Shown piece by piece: positions 54,938 through 63,069 of a DNA stretch of 64,000 nt. The position numbers were made by a program, and so were the translations under genes. Source of the DNA: Escherichia phage PBECO4; the sequence record KC295538; one strand, 5' to 3'. Under the pieces are notes generated by a model that worked only from the letters and a program-made list of their open reading frames with translations, was not told the origin of the DNA and did not search any database. How positions within the stretch are numbered: the first letter of the stretch is position 1; every line of letters begins with the position of its first letter.

Positions 54938-54957
54938 TTTTTTAATCCTCTTATATA

Positions 54958-55016
54958 GTGGGGAACTATTCCCCACCTGATGTAAAGTATTATACGCTTT
55001 TAAATTTAGTTTGCAA
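54958..55016 (-). promoter_or_regulatory. PeSL-like promoter + leader hairpin
   Basis: TTGCAA..TATAAT then gtggggaatagttccccac. Confidence 0.65.
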
Positions 55017-55019
55017 GTA

Positions 55020-55253
55020 CTATTTTTTCAGTACTGGTAAACCTTTGATCTCACCTGGCTGTACTTCCTCAAAGGCGACCGCCATCATACGGCTATCATC
55101 TTCCTTACATTCTTCCATCGCATCACAAAAATGATTAATAACGTCCGGTGCAACGTCAACCACATCAAACAAGCCAACCTCAGTGCAACGGCTTAAAGCG
55201 TTTAATAGGTCAGTCAGTGCAACGGATTGAGAAACAGTTAAAATAGTACTCAT
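55020..55253 (-). CDS. hypothetical protein
   Basis: 77 aa ORF. Confidence 0.55.
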   Translation of the reverse strand: MSTILTVSQSVALTDLLNALSRCTEVGLFDVVDVAPDVINHFCDAMEECKEDDSRMMAVAFEEVQPGEIKGLPVLKK

Positions 55254-55273
55254 ACAATTAATCTCTTAATTAT

Positions 55274-55333
55274 AGTGGGGAACTATTCCCCACCTGATGT
55301 AAAACATTATACGCTTTTAAACTTAGTTTGCAA
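55274..55333 (-). promoter_or_regulatory. PeSL-like promoter + leader hairpin
   Basis: same hairpin sequence as 54958-54976. Confidence 0.65.
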
Positions 55334-55347
55334 GTACTTTATTAAAC

Positions 55348-55710
55348 TTATTTGTAAATTTTGCCACTGTCAGCCCATACCAGGAAACGAGGCATATTAT
55401 CCCATGCATCTTGTTTTAAATTTAAACCGTGCAATTCCTCAGTAGTTGCCATCCCTGGTACTGGCTTACTACACACCGCGAAATTTTCGCCCATATACTG
55501 ATAAACCATCGTCAAATCATTTGAGATCATCTTATGGATCATCGCATCAAGCATCACGGTAGCGGCGTATTGTTCACGCTTAAGCGGCAGCATTTTAATC
55601 AGTTCGCGGTATGCGTCAATGTGAGTTTTAACCGTTGCCGCCGGAAGATCTTTCATCTCGTCGCGGAAGTTAACCAGGTTAGCAATAATTTTGGTGATTT
55701 GAGTTGCCAT
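55348..55710 (-). CDS. hypothetical protein
   Basis: Start moved to ATG at 55710 (MATQITKII...). Confidence 0.6.
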   Translation of the reverse strand: MATQITKIIANLVNFRDEMKDLPAATVKTHIDAYRELIKMLPLKREQYAATVMLDAMIHKMISNDLTMVYQYMGENFAVCSKPVPGMATTEELHGLNLKQDAWDNMPRFLVWADSGKIYK

Positions 55711-55733
55711 CGTTTTAATCTCTCTTAAAGTGT

Positions 55734-55793
55734 AGCGGGAACACTTCCCGCTCTCGATGTAAAACATTATACGCTTTTATCAGTACGGTGCAA
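55734..55793 (-). promoter_or_regulatory. PeSL-like promoter + leader hairpin
   Basis: promoter then agcgggaagtgttcccgct. Confidence 0.6.
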
Positions 55794-55825
55794 GTACTTT
55801 CTACAAATACTTTTAAAATAGTTTT

Positions 55826-55917
55826 CTTTCTATATAGGAGTACTATTATTCAGTACTGAATCAATCCAGGGGAACTATCTTTCTATATAGGAGTACTATT
55901 ATTCAGTACTGAATCAA
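55826..55917. repeat. tandem direct repeat (2 x ~40 bp)
   Basis: ctttctatataggagtactattattcagtactgaatcaa twice, 13-bp spacer. Confidence 0.7.
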
Positions 55918-56069
55918 CCAAATCACTACTACACCCCATAAAACGGCCTCAGACGCATTCTAACGCATTAATACACCTAAGCTATACATTTGCACCACTC
56001 CCAACAATCCAGGGCGTTACGGGCCGTTTAAACGCGTTAAATTATTTTCAATTATTTTGTTTTTAGGTA

Positions 56070-56097
56070 TTGACTTGATCCTGAAAAAGCGTATAAT
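56070..56097 (+). promoter_or_regulatory. plus-strand sigma70-like promoter
   Basis: TTGACT-N16-TATAAT in ORF-free region. Confidence 0.5.
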
Positions 56098-56284
56098 TAC
56101 TACATAGACGCGAGAAAGCGGAAACCCCAGAGGGTGCGGAATTACGCCCAAAATTCAAGATATAAAAAAAGGATACACTCCCGCACCCTAGCAGGTAAAC
56201 GCACTTTCTCAGTACTGAATTATAGTACCATAGTCCGGCCCAGGATGGCAAGCAAATTAATTAAAACTTTTTTCATCCAGGGTA

Positions 56285-56312
56285 TTGCTTTATTTTTCCA
56301 GTACTGTATAAT
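56285..56312 (+). promoter_or_regulatory. plus-strand sigma70-like promoter
   Basis: TTGCTT-N16-TATAAT. Confidence 0.45.
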
Positions 56313-56409
56313 AGTTCCATCAAGTCGAGAAAGACTCAAGCCCACCGGGTGCATAGTTACGCCCAAAATTCAGTACTGAAAAAATTTTTAAAAATATCCG
56401 TCCAGGCCG

Positions 56410-56438
56410 TTGACATTGCCCCCAGTTTATAAGATAAT
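56410..56438 (+). promoter_or_regulatory. plus-strand sigma70-like promoter
   Basis: TTGACA-N17-GATAAT upstream of iteron-like array. Confidence 0.5.
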
Positions 56439-56534
56439 GATTCCAGATTCAGAAAAATCTAACTCCAGATACTGCGGGGAAACTATCCCCACGCGGTAGG
56501 GGAACTATTGGAAAAAACAAAATAAAATTTTGAT

Positions 56535-56655
56535 TTAGCCGTCTATACTTCCAGACGTGTAACCATCTAGCCGTTTAGCCGTCCAAACGTCTAGCCATCC
56601 AGCCATCCAGAAATCTAGCCGTTTAGCCGTCTAGATGGATAGCCATCTTTACTTC
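56535..56655. repeat. iteron-like direct repeat array (TAGCCGTY / AGCCATC units)
   Basis: ttagccgtc, ctagccgtttagccgtc (twice), ctagccatccagccatccag, agatggatagccatc within ~120 bp. Confidence 0.65.
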
Positions 56656-57048
56656 CAGACTTCTGGAGGGCTAGACATATCTACGTCCAAAATCCACCCA
56701 GGGTAACTACGCCCAAAATCCGTCAGTACTATACCATAGATCTATCTTTTGAAAGGGAGTATTCAGTACTGCCACAATAGCCCTCACTATGTTACCCTAG
56801 GAGGATGAAGACTATCATGTAGTACTGAATACTGTTAGAGGGAATCCACCAGCTTGTGCTGGTGGCATAATGCTTTAGATTAAAATCAGTACTGACACCA
56901 TTCTGTTAATATCAGTACTGTTATTACGATTTTCATATGAGGTTCAAAAAGATGTACCACCACAGGAGGAACTATCTTTTCTGTACTGTCTCACGACAGG
57001 AGGTAGAGTAAATGAATTGTTCGCAGCAACTCATCACCCTATGTAGAA

Positions 57049-57077
57049 CATTATACAGTACTGAATCATAATGTCAA
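57049..57077 (-). promoter_or_regulatory. minus-strand sigma70-like promoter reading into ORF-free region
   Basis: TTGACA-N17-TATAAT on minus strand; no ORF downstream for >1 kb. Confidence 0.5.
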
Positions 57078-57705
57078 TAGCTTTCTTTCATTATTCAGTA
57101 CTGATATTCTTGAGAACTACCCGACTACAAACATCATTATATCCCACAAATCATAAACGTCCCAACGTAAATTTCAACTTTCGAAGATCCAACTTTTATT
57201 TCATAGGTACTCCAAAATTTTTAGGATCGAGATTTAGGATGGAGTACTAACCAACTTTTTGCTGGAGCCTCAAGGGGTAATGGAATTTTACCCCGAAGGG
57301 TAAAGGGGTAATTGAAATTAAGGTGAAAGTAATAATTCAGTACTAATCATTGCGTGATTACTTTTGATTACATTTGATGTAATTTGAAAAATGGAAAAGG
57401 AGCTTGGAAACTACAAAGTACGGCAGACTTCCTCTGCCTACTTAGTGGCATATCAGTACTGAATCCTTCCCGTGCATTCTTGAGCATTCTTGTCTATACT
57501 AATCAGTACTGAATCATATATAATCATTCTGTGATTCTACGGTGCTCATATAAATGTTTATATATGATTACTTATGACTACCTATGATTACGGGGTTTAG
57601 CCTGGGGAGAATCCTAGTGATCGCATTTGTCCAGGCTGAATTTTAACAATTCGCCTGTACATAAAGGTTGTTCACTAGGAGCTTCCCCTGTCTACTTGTG
57701 TTTAA

Positions 57706-57897
57706 TTACTTCCTATATATAAGCATTAAGATATAGTAGTACTGATTATACTGTACATTCTCTTTAATATTATAAGGGTCTATAGCAATCTCGGTACATC
57801 TGTTAAATGCATATCTATTAAATGCCAGTGGAATTATAGATCTAATCCATACTTGTTCATTTTCTTTTAGTTTACTTATATAGAAGTTTTTATACAT
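57706..57897 (-). CDS. FamC paralog
   Basis: 63 aa; MYKNFYISKL ... YYYILMLIYRK. Confidence 0.6.
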   Translation of the reverse strand: MYKNFYISKLKENEQVWIRSIIPLAFNRYAFNRCTEIAIDPYNIKENVQYNQYYYILMLIYRK

Positions 57898-57912
57898 AGT
57901 ATTCTCTATTAA

Positions 57913-58095
57913 TTAATATGATAGTACTAGTGTTAGTACTGAGCACAATTGTTCTTTGTAGTTCTTAGGGTATATAGAATCTTTTATGCACTCATTGAAG
58001 TGCCATAGGTATAATCTTGGGTCGCATTCTTTATATATTCTTACGGGGACGAATGTTAGTTTTCGTATATAGAATTCTTTATGTTCTTTATTCAT
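57913..58095 (-). CDS. FamC paralog
   Basis: 60 aa; MNKEHKEFYIRKL ... FNECIKDSI. Confidence 0.6.
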   Translation of the reverse strand: MNKEHKEFYIRKLTFVPVRIYKECDPRLYLWHFNECIKDSIYPKNYKEQLCSVLTLVLSY

Positions 58096-58096
58096 A

Positions 58097-58285
58097 TTAG
58101 TACCTGAATATAAGTAGGATTATGTTATAGTACTGGTTAGTACTGCAATGATTCTCTATACATCGATTAACAGTTATGGAATAGCTATATCTGGCGTAAG
58201 CATTATCCAGCGGGATTTTACATTGAGCACTTAGAGAAAGTACAGTAGGTAGTGTATTCAAATAGAAGTCTTTGTAATTATTCAT
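58097..58285 (-). CDS. FamC paralog
   Basis: 62 aa; MNNYKDFYLNTL ... YYNIILLIFRY. Confidence 0.6.
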   Translation of the reverse strand: MNNYKDFYLNTLPTVLSLSAQCKIPLDNAYARYSYSITVNRCIENHCSTNQYYNIILLIFRY

Positions 58286-58487
58286 ACAGGAATAGTATAC
58301 CTATGATACCTGAGTACAGGTTAGTACTGTTACCATCTTCGTTTGCGTTTAAAGTCATTTGAATACAATTATTGTAGCATACTCTGCCGAAAAATGTATT
58401 AGTACTTAAAGGTGGAGTAGTCCTTAGAAACATTTGTTCTGAGGGGCTTATGTATTTGGAGTAGAATTCTTTATGTTCTTTATTCAT
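58278..58487 (-). CDS. FamC paralog
   Basis: 69 aa; MNKEHKEFYSKY ... YNNCIQMTL. Confidence 0.6.
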   Translation of the reverse strand: MNKEHKEFYSKYISPSEQMFLRTTPPLSTNTFFGRVCYNNCIQMTLNANEDGNSTNLYSGIIGILFLYE

Positions 58488-58492
58488 ATTAG

Positions 58493-58678
58493 TTAGTGTC
58501 TGTATATAAGTAATAGTAAGAATACGTACTGCACATCTTCATCTTTAGTATTGAGTACTGTACGTATTGCGTCATTAAACAAGAATATAGTACTTGGGTC
58601 ATGAAAATTTAAAGGGGTTCTGGGTACGGCATGTTTGTAGTTCCCTTTAACAAATTGTGTGTAGTATTCTCTATGCAT
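58493..58678 (-). CDS. FamC paralog
   Basis: 61 aa; MHREYYTQFV ... YVFLLLLIYRH. Confidence 0.6.
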   Translation of the reverse strand: MHREYYTQFVKGNYKHAVPRTPLNFHDPSTIFLFNDAIRTVLNTKDEDVQYVFLLLLIYRH

Positions 58679-58679
58679 A

Positions 58680-58865
58680 TTAGTACCTATATATTAGGGC
58701 GAGAATGTAGTACAATTCATATGGAATGTAATTTGGGGTGATCGCACACTGTGTATGGTAAATGAATTGTTCGGTATTTTTCTTATCCTTGATATCTATT
58801 GGGATTTGTGGTATAAGCATTTTGGAGTTTAGATCGAGATGGCTTAAGTAGAATTCTTTATGCAT
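58680..58865 (-). CDS. FamC paralog
   Basis: 61 aa; MHKEFYLSHL ... YYILALIYRY. Confidence 0.6.
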   Translation of the reverse strand: MHKEFYLSHLDLNSKMLIPQIPIDIKDKKNTEQFIYHTQCAITPNYIPYELYYILALIYRY

Positions 58866-58874
58866 ATTGTTCTC

Positions 58875-59063
58875 TTAGAATACGAAAGCTAGGTACAGGG
58901 TATGATACAGTACTCGATGATAGCTGTCAAAATCTAGTATACATGCTTTAGTGCACATAGTAAAGTACACTTTATCGTTTTGTGCATTGATACCGCGAGG
59001 TTTATCTAATAGATTAGTTCTGAGGTACATTGGGAAATATTTTGTGTAGTATTCTTTATGCAT
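58875..59063 (-). CDS. FamC paralog
   Basis: Start moved to ATG at 59063 (MHKEYYTKYF...). Confidence 0.6.
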   Translation of the reverse strand: MHKEYYTKYFPMYLRTNLLDKPRGINAQNDKVYFTMCTKACILDFDSYHRVLYHTLYLAFVF

Positions 59064-59064
59064 A

Positions 59065-59247
59065 TTAGTACCTGAATATAAGTAGGATAGTGTTATATAG
59101 CTGGTCATAACTACTACTATTTTCTATACTTCGTTCTATGCAGTTATTGAATCCCAGTACTGCCAAATCGTTATCCAGGGGGACTTTGTATCTGGTGTAG
59201 TGTTCAAAAATGCTGGGGAGAAATTGTGTGTAGTATTCTTTGTGCAT
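59065..59247 (-). CDS. FamC paralog
   Basis: 60 aa; MHKEYYTQFL ... FNNCIERSI ... LYNTILLIFRY. Confidence 0.6.
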   Translation of the reverse strand: MHKEYYTQFLPSIFEHYTRYKVPLDNDLAVLGFNNCIERSIENSSSYDQLYNTILLIFRY

Positions 59248-59248
59248 A

Positions 59249-59434
59249 TTAGTACTTATATATTAGTAAAAGGATGTGATACAGTACTCGATTATAGTCT
59301 TCAATATATATCGAGGATTTAGTGCACTGAATGAAGTAGTCTTTTTCGTAGTTTTTTTCTATACCCAATGCAACGTTTGGTACAAGGTGTTGGAGATACA
59401 TTGGGAGTTTCTCTATGTAGTATTCTTTATACAT
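59249..59434 (-). CDS. FamC paralog
   Basis: 61 aa; MYKEYYIEKL ... YHILLLIYKY. Confidence 0.6.
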   Translation of the reverse strand: MYKEYYIEKLPMYLQHLVPNVALGIEKNYEKDYFIQCTKSSIYIEDYNRVLYHILLLIYKY

Positions 59435-59443
59435 ATATTATCC

Positions 59444-59644
59444 TTAGTACTGGAACGCAAGGTACAGGGTGTGGTACAGTTGTACTTGATAATTGTTTTC
59501 ATTAGCTTCTTCATTAAGTACTTGTTCAGTACATGTACGGAAGTAATCAGCTTCATATATACAGTCAATACCGCGAGGTTCATCTTCTAATAGATTTCCT
59601 TGTAGAAACTTTGGTAGTTCTTTTATGTAGAATTCTTTATACAT
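59444..59644 (-). CDS. FamC paralog
   Basis: Start moved to ATG at 59644 (MYKEFYIKEL...). Confidence 0.6.
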   Translation of the reverse strand: MYKEFYIKELPKFLQGNLLEDEPRGIDCIYEADYFRTCTEQVLNEEANENNYQVQLYHTLYLAFQY

Positions 59645-60308
59645 AGTTTGTAATATACGTAATGAGGTGATGCATTTTCTTATTAGTACTGATAATTTCC
59701 TGTACATGTTTTGTCAGATTGTACGCGTTTTTATAGAGTGCTGGATTATCGATTACAGTACTGTACATGAATAGTTCTTCCTCGGATAATTCTTTGCCTT
59801 GTAATTCTTTGAGGAATTGTAGTACTGTATCAGTTTCTTCTGTACGTTGTGCTTGCCAGAAGTGCATATTCTCGTGTACTTTTTCTGCATCAGTAGAGTA
59901 TATGCCACCCATTTGGAATTGTGCTGTATTGACATCGTGGGAGGTGTTACAATTCCCGAAGAAGTATGTATTCCCGAAGTATAGCATTAAAGTGCACGGG
60001 GTATTATCCAACTGCATATTGATGATGAAGGATGCGTTCTTTAGTACCTTTGTGCTCGTATTAGTACTCAATACTTTTAAATCAGTATTATAGATATTCA
60101 TATAATGAACAGCTATATTATTTTTCTTCATGTACAATTCAAGGTTCTTTGATACGTTAACTCCATTTGTACTGGATTTTTCCTTTTTATTTCGTTTCTT
60201 TAGTACATTCGGGTGATACGTATATGCAGATGTAACTGATTCTGCCTGAATACTATTGAGGTACTTAAAGTGCTTAAGGTATTGTTTGCTGTGTGCATTA
60301 AGTTTCAT
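59637..60308 (-). CDS. hypothetical protein with FamA-like motif
   Basis: 223 aa; EEELFMYSTVID near C-terminus. Confidence 0.6.
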   Translation of the reverse strand: MKLNAHSKQYLKHFKYLNSIQAESVTSAYTYHPNVLKKRNKKEKSSTNGVNVSKNLELYMKKNNIAVHYMNIYNTDLKVLSTNTSTKVLKNASFIINMQLDNTPCTLMLYFGNTYFFGNCNTSHDVNTAQFQMGGIYSTDAEKVHENMHFWQAQRTEETDTVLQFLKELQGKELSEEELFMYSTVIDNPALYKNAYNLTKHVQEIISTNKKMHHLITYITNYV

Positions 60309-60318
60309 TTGGTTTCCT

Positions 60319-60498
60319 TTATATAGATGCCAGGGCGAGGATTTCCCTGTAGGGATTATCTTGTGTTAGTACAGCATAAATGCAGCTATTGAGATTAATA
60401 TTTTTAGTACTTTTTGTTCCTAGTTTGTAGTACTTCACGAAGGTGTCGTACATGAAACGGTCTTTTATGGTTATACGTTCTCTATAGAATTGTTGCAT
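60319..60498 (-). CDS. FamC-like small protein (59 aa)
   Basis: ATG ORF MQQFYRERITIKDRFMYDTFVKYY...; below track cutoff. Confidence 0.4.
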   Translation of the reverse strand: MQQFYRERITIKDRFMYDTFVKYYKLGTKSTKNINLNSCIYAVLTQDNPYREILALASI

Positions 60499-60506
60499 AG
60501 TATTCC

Positions 60507-60689
60507 TTAAATAGCGATTAGTTTCATTACTTCTCTGTATGTGTACTTTTCGTTTTGTGCATCTCTTGTGACGACATATAGGAAGGTGTGTTTATCTTTT
60601 TTGTTCCCGCAATTGTAGAAAATATTGAACTTATTGAAGTTGAATCTTTCGGCGTGTTGTAGTTTAGTTAAATAGAATTCTATGTTCAT
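60507..60689 (-). CDS. FamC-like paralog
   Basis: 60 aa; MNIEFYLTKL ... KYTYREVMKLIAI. Confidence 0.55.
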   Translation of the reverse strand: MNIEFYLTKLQHAERFNFNKFNIFYNCGNKKDKHTFLYVVTRDAQNEKYTYREVMKLIAI

Positions 60690-60697
60690 TTTCTTCC

Positions 60698-60883
60698 TTA
60701 CATTTCAATAAGTTTCAGTACTGCTCGGTACGTGTACTTAGTTGTCAGTGCTTCTTTAATAGAAATACAGAAGTAATGTTGTTTGTCTCTTATACTGCCG
60801 CGTTTGTAGTACCACACATGGGAGTTGTGACTGTACTTGTCTCTGTCGGATAGTTGTTGGTAGTAGTAGCTTATATGATTCAT
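60698..60883 (-). CDS. FamC-like paralog
   Basis: 61 aa; ... TKYTYRAVLKLIEM. Confidence 0.55.
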   Translation of the reverse strand: MNHISYYYQQLSDRDKYSHNSHVWYYKRGSIRDKQHYFCISIKEALTTKYTYRAVLKLIEM

Positions 60884-60930
60884 TGTAATTAGCCTTACTA
60901 TGTTAAAGTACTCGGTCCCTGGTGTACCTT

Positions 60931-61125
60931 TTAGAACTTAAAGATGAGGTTCAGGATAGAGCGGTACTTAGTTGCAGGGAACGTATGTTCTATTGCATAA
61001 CGTGTCACCATCCTGAAATCGTAATTATAATACAGATTATCCTTTCTCATAGGTGGTGCTAAAGAGAATGATAGCTGTTCTTGTTTGGGTAGTTTACTAC
61101 AATAGAAATCTTTATGATTATTCAT
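60931..61125 (-). CDS. FamC paralog
   Basis: 64 aa; MNNHKDFYCSKL ... KYRSILNLIFKF. Confidence 0.6.
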   Translation of the reverse strand: MNNHKDFYCSKLPKQEQLSFSLAPPMRKDNLYYNYDFRMVTRYAIEHTFPATKYRSILNLIFKF

Positions 61126-61327
61126 AGAAATATATTAGTCCTATTAAACCTGAGTACATAATATTTTTGTTATTACATTCGATTGCTTCTATAGTACTAC
61201 GTATACAATTATTAAAGCAATCTCTGGCGTGTGGTGTATCTATACTTAAAGGTGATACACTCCTTAGAAACAATTGTTCTTCGTTGCTAAGGTATTTGGT
61301 GTAGAATTCTTTATGTTCAGTATTCAT
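61118..61327 (-). CDS. FamC paralog
   Basis: 69 aa; MNTEHKEFYTKY ... FNNCIRSTI; close paralog of 58278..58487. Confidence 0.6.
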   Translation of the reverse strand: MNTEHKEFYTKYLSNEEQLFLRSVSPLSIDTPHARDCFNNCIRSTIEAIECNNKNIMYSGLIGLIYFYE

Positions 61328-61328
61328 A

Positions 61329-61532
61329 TTAGTACTCGATTAAAAGGGCAAGGATATAATAGTATTGCATACTTTCTGCCCCTTGTAAAGCATTTCTTAT
61401 GATATTACTCCTGTACGAGTTCAGGAGTTTAGGACAACGTTTGTAGTGTATAAAAGTATTTTGTGTATACAGTAGGCTTTCTCGTAGACCTTTTGTTGGT
61501 AGTGCATCGATGTAGTACTGTTCAATGTTCAT
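61329..61532 (-). CDS. FamC paralog
   Basis: 67 aa; MNIEQYYIDAL ... YYYILALLIEY. Confidence 0.6.
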   Translation of the reverse strand: MNIEQYYIDALPTKGLRESLLYTQNTFIHYKRCPKLLNSYRSNIIRNALQGAESMQYYYILALLIEY

Positions 61533-61756
61533 ATAGATAGCAGTACTAAGATTTTTGATAATTGTTTATTGCTATCCCCGCAGATGTTGCTGTGTAAAAT
61601 ACTCACAATGAGGGTATCAATTGCATTGTTCATCATAAGGGTGCATCCTGGACTATTATAATTTTTTAGCTCAATTAGCCACGAACTATCCGCGAGAAAT
61701 TCCCCGTACTCTAGTTCATTTAGAGTATTGAGGTAGTACTTAAGAGTATTTGTCAT
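61529..61756 (-). CDS. FamC-like paralog
   Basis: 75 aa; MTNTLKYYLNTL... Confidence 0.5.
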   Translation of the reverse strand: MTNTLKYYLNTLNELEYGEFLADSSWLIELKNYNSPGCTLMMNNAIDTLIVSILHSNICGDSNKQLSKILVLLSI

Positions 61757-61858
61757 GTGTAGTTCTCCTTATATTCCTTCTATAGTACACCAGTACTGAA
61801 AGGATGTCAAGGGTTTTCTTTATGGGGTAAATATGATATAATGAATAAGGAGGGAAAT

Positions 61859-63061
61859 ATGTTACCTTTTGGAAGAATGGTTAAGTACGCAAATATTGCA
61901 CCAGGTCCAGAACCTGTAGAGTTCTCAGATGTTTTACAACAACATTATACAAACTGTATGTATCTACATAACCCAACTAATACTTTATATGGTTATGGTA
62001 GTAATAACATGTATCAATTTGGTCTTGGGAATTCAGCAGCAGTTTCGTCATTTACAGTACTTGCAAGGAACTGTGCAGCCTTTTGGCTTGGTGTTCAAGG
62101 TTCGTTGATGATTGATTTGGATAATAAAATATACTACACTGGGTCTGTGGCTGCATTTTCTGATTATGGAGATGCAACACCTGTTAATGGTTATTTGACA
62201 ACATGGACTGATGTTACTGTTGCATTTAATAAAATAGGTGTTATGGCTAATATGATCAAGAGTGTATATATAGGTGAAAGTACTAGAATATTATTAACCG
62301 ATGGTAGAGTAATTGCGTGTGGAAGAAATACCAATGGTGAATGTGGCTCTGGTAATAAAAATTCCATCCCTACACTCACAGTTATGACTAATATGGGTGA
62401 AGTTACACATATGGCATGTTCATTACAAGGAACGCACTATATCAAATCAAATAAAGATGCATGGTTTTGTGGTAAGGATAACTTTGGTGAAAGTGGATGT
62501 GGTGGTAGTTCTGTTGTATATTTGAACAAATTCGTGATTAGTAATGTAGAACATATTAGTACTACATACGATGTTACTTGGTGGTTTACTACTGGTGGGT
62601 CTGTATATTATAGCGGGGCTAACAGTACTGGACAAGCGGGTAATGGTACGACTACATCGGTAAATCAGCTAACACCAATTAGGAACACATCGGTCACGGT
62701 TGATGTAAGTAAGTACAGTACTTTTATTTGTCCAAGTAATATGGGAAATGCATCAATTGGTGCACCTATGGCACAATACGCACCATATGTTAGAAGTAGT
62801 GGTGCTAACTCATATGGTCAAGAAGGTAATGGAACTAATACATTAGTTAGAACTTGGAATATTTTTAATCTTAGTGCAATAAGTGGTGGTTATGAAAATG
62901 TTCTTATGGCATCTAAAGATTGGAGCAGAACCATAATAATTACTAAAGATTATAAATTATATGCATGTGGTGGCTGGAATGGAAATGGTGGTAGATTGCC
63001 AGATGGCACTTATAGTATTACTACACTAACATTAATGCCAACGCAGTTATGGCAACAATAG
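61859..63061 (+). CDS. RCC1-like repeat (beta-propeller) protein
   Basis: Repeated G-x-N-x-x-G-Q/E-x-G-x-G units (GANSTGQAGNGTTTS, GANSYGQEGNGTNT, GRNTNGECGSGNKNS); GGAGGG SD before ATG at 61859. Confidence 0.65.
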   Translation: MLPFGRMVKYANIAPGPEPVEFSDVLQQHYTNCMYLHNPTNTLYGYGSNNMYQFGLGNSAAVSSFTVLARNCAAFWLGVQGSLMIDLDNKIYYTGSVAAFSDYGDATPVNGYLTTWTDVTVAFNKIGVMANMIKSVYIGESTRILLTDGRVIACGRNTNGECGSGNKNSIPTLTVMTNMGEVTHMACSLQGTHYIKSNKDAWFCGKDNFGESGCGGSSVVYLNKFVISNVEHISTTYDVTWWFTTGGSVYYSGANSTGQAGNGTTTSVNQLTPIRNTSVTVDVSKYSTFICPSNMGNASIGAPMAQYAPYVRSSGANSYGQEGNGTNTLVRTWNIFNLSAISGGYENVLMASKDWSRTIIITKDYKLYACGGWNGNGGRLPDGTYSITTLTLMPTQLWQQ

Positions 63062-63069
63062 GAGGGAAT

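Noticed and set aside
39777-55767. N-terminal extensions in the ORF track such as MFYIERGKRFS, MVLPDNEE, MILPDNRRYK, MFYIESGKCSRY
   Set aside because: These peptides are the in-frame translation of the conserved leader stem-loop (ATGTTTTACATCGAGAGGGGGAAACGGTTCTCCC and variants); the same peptide appears in front of unrelated proteins, so the true start is the downstream ATG next to the Shine-Dalgarno.
36619-55800. Possibility that the regularly recurring GC-rich hairpins form a CRISPR array
   Set aside because: Repeats are not evenly spaced, are separated by whole genes with promoters, vary in sequence, and each sits between a -10 box and a ribosome-binding site; no cas genes are present.
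55800-57700. tRNA or other canonical RNA genes in the ORF-free region and elsewhere
   Set aside because: I found no segment with the acceptor/T-arm hallmarks (GTTCRANYC-type T-loop, ~76-nt cloverleaf spacing) by eye; cannot exclude without a tRNA scanner, but nothing supportable.
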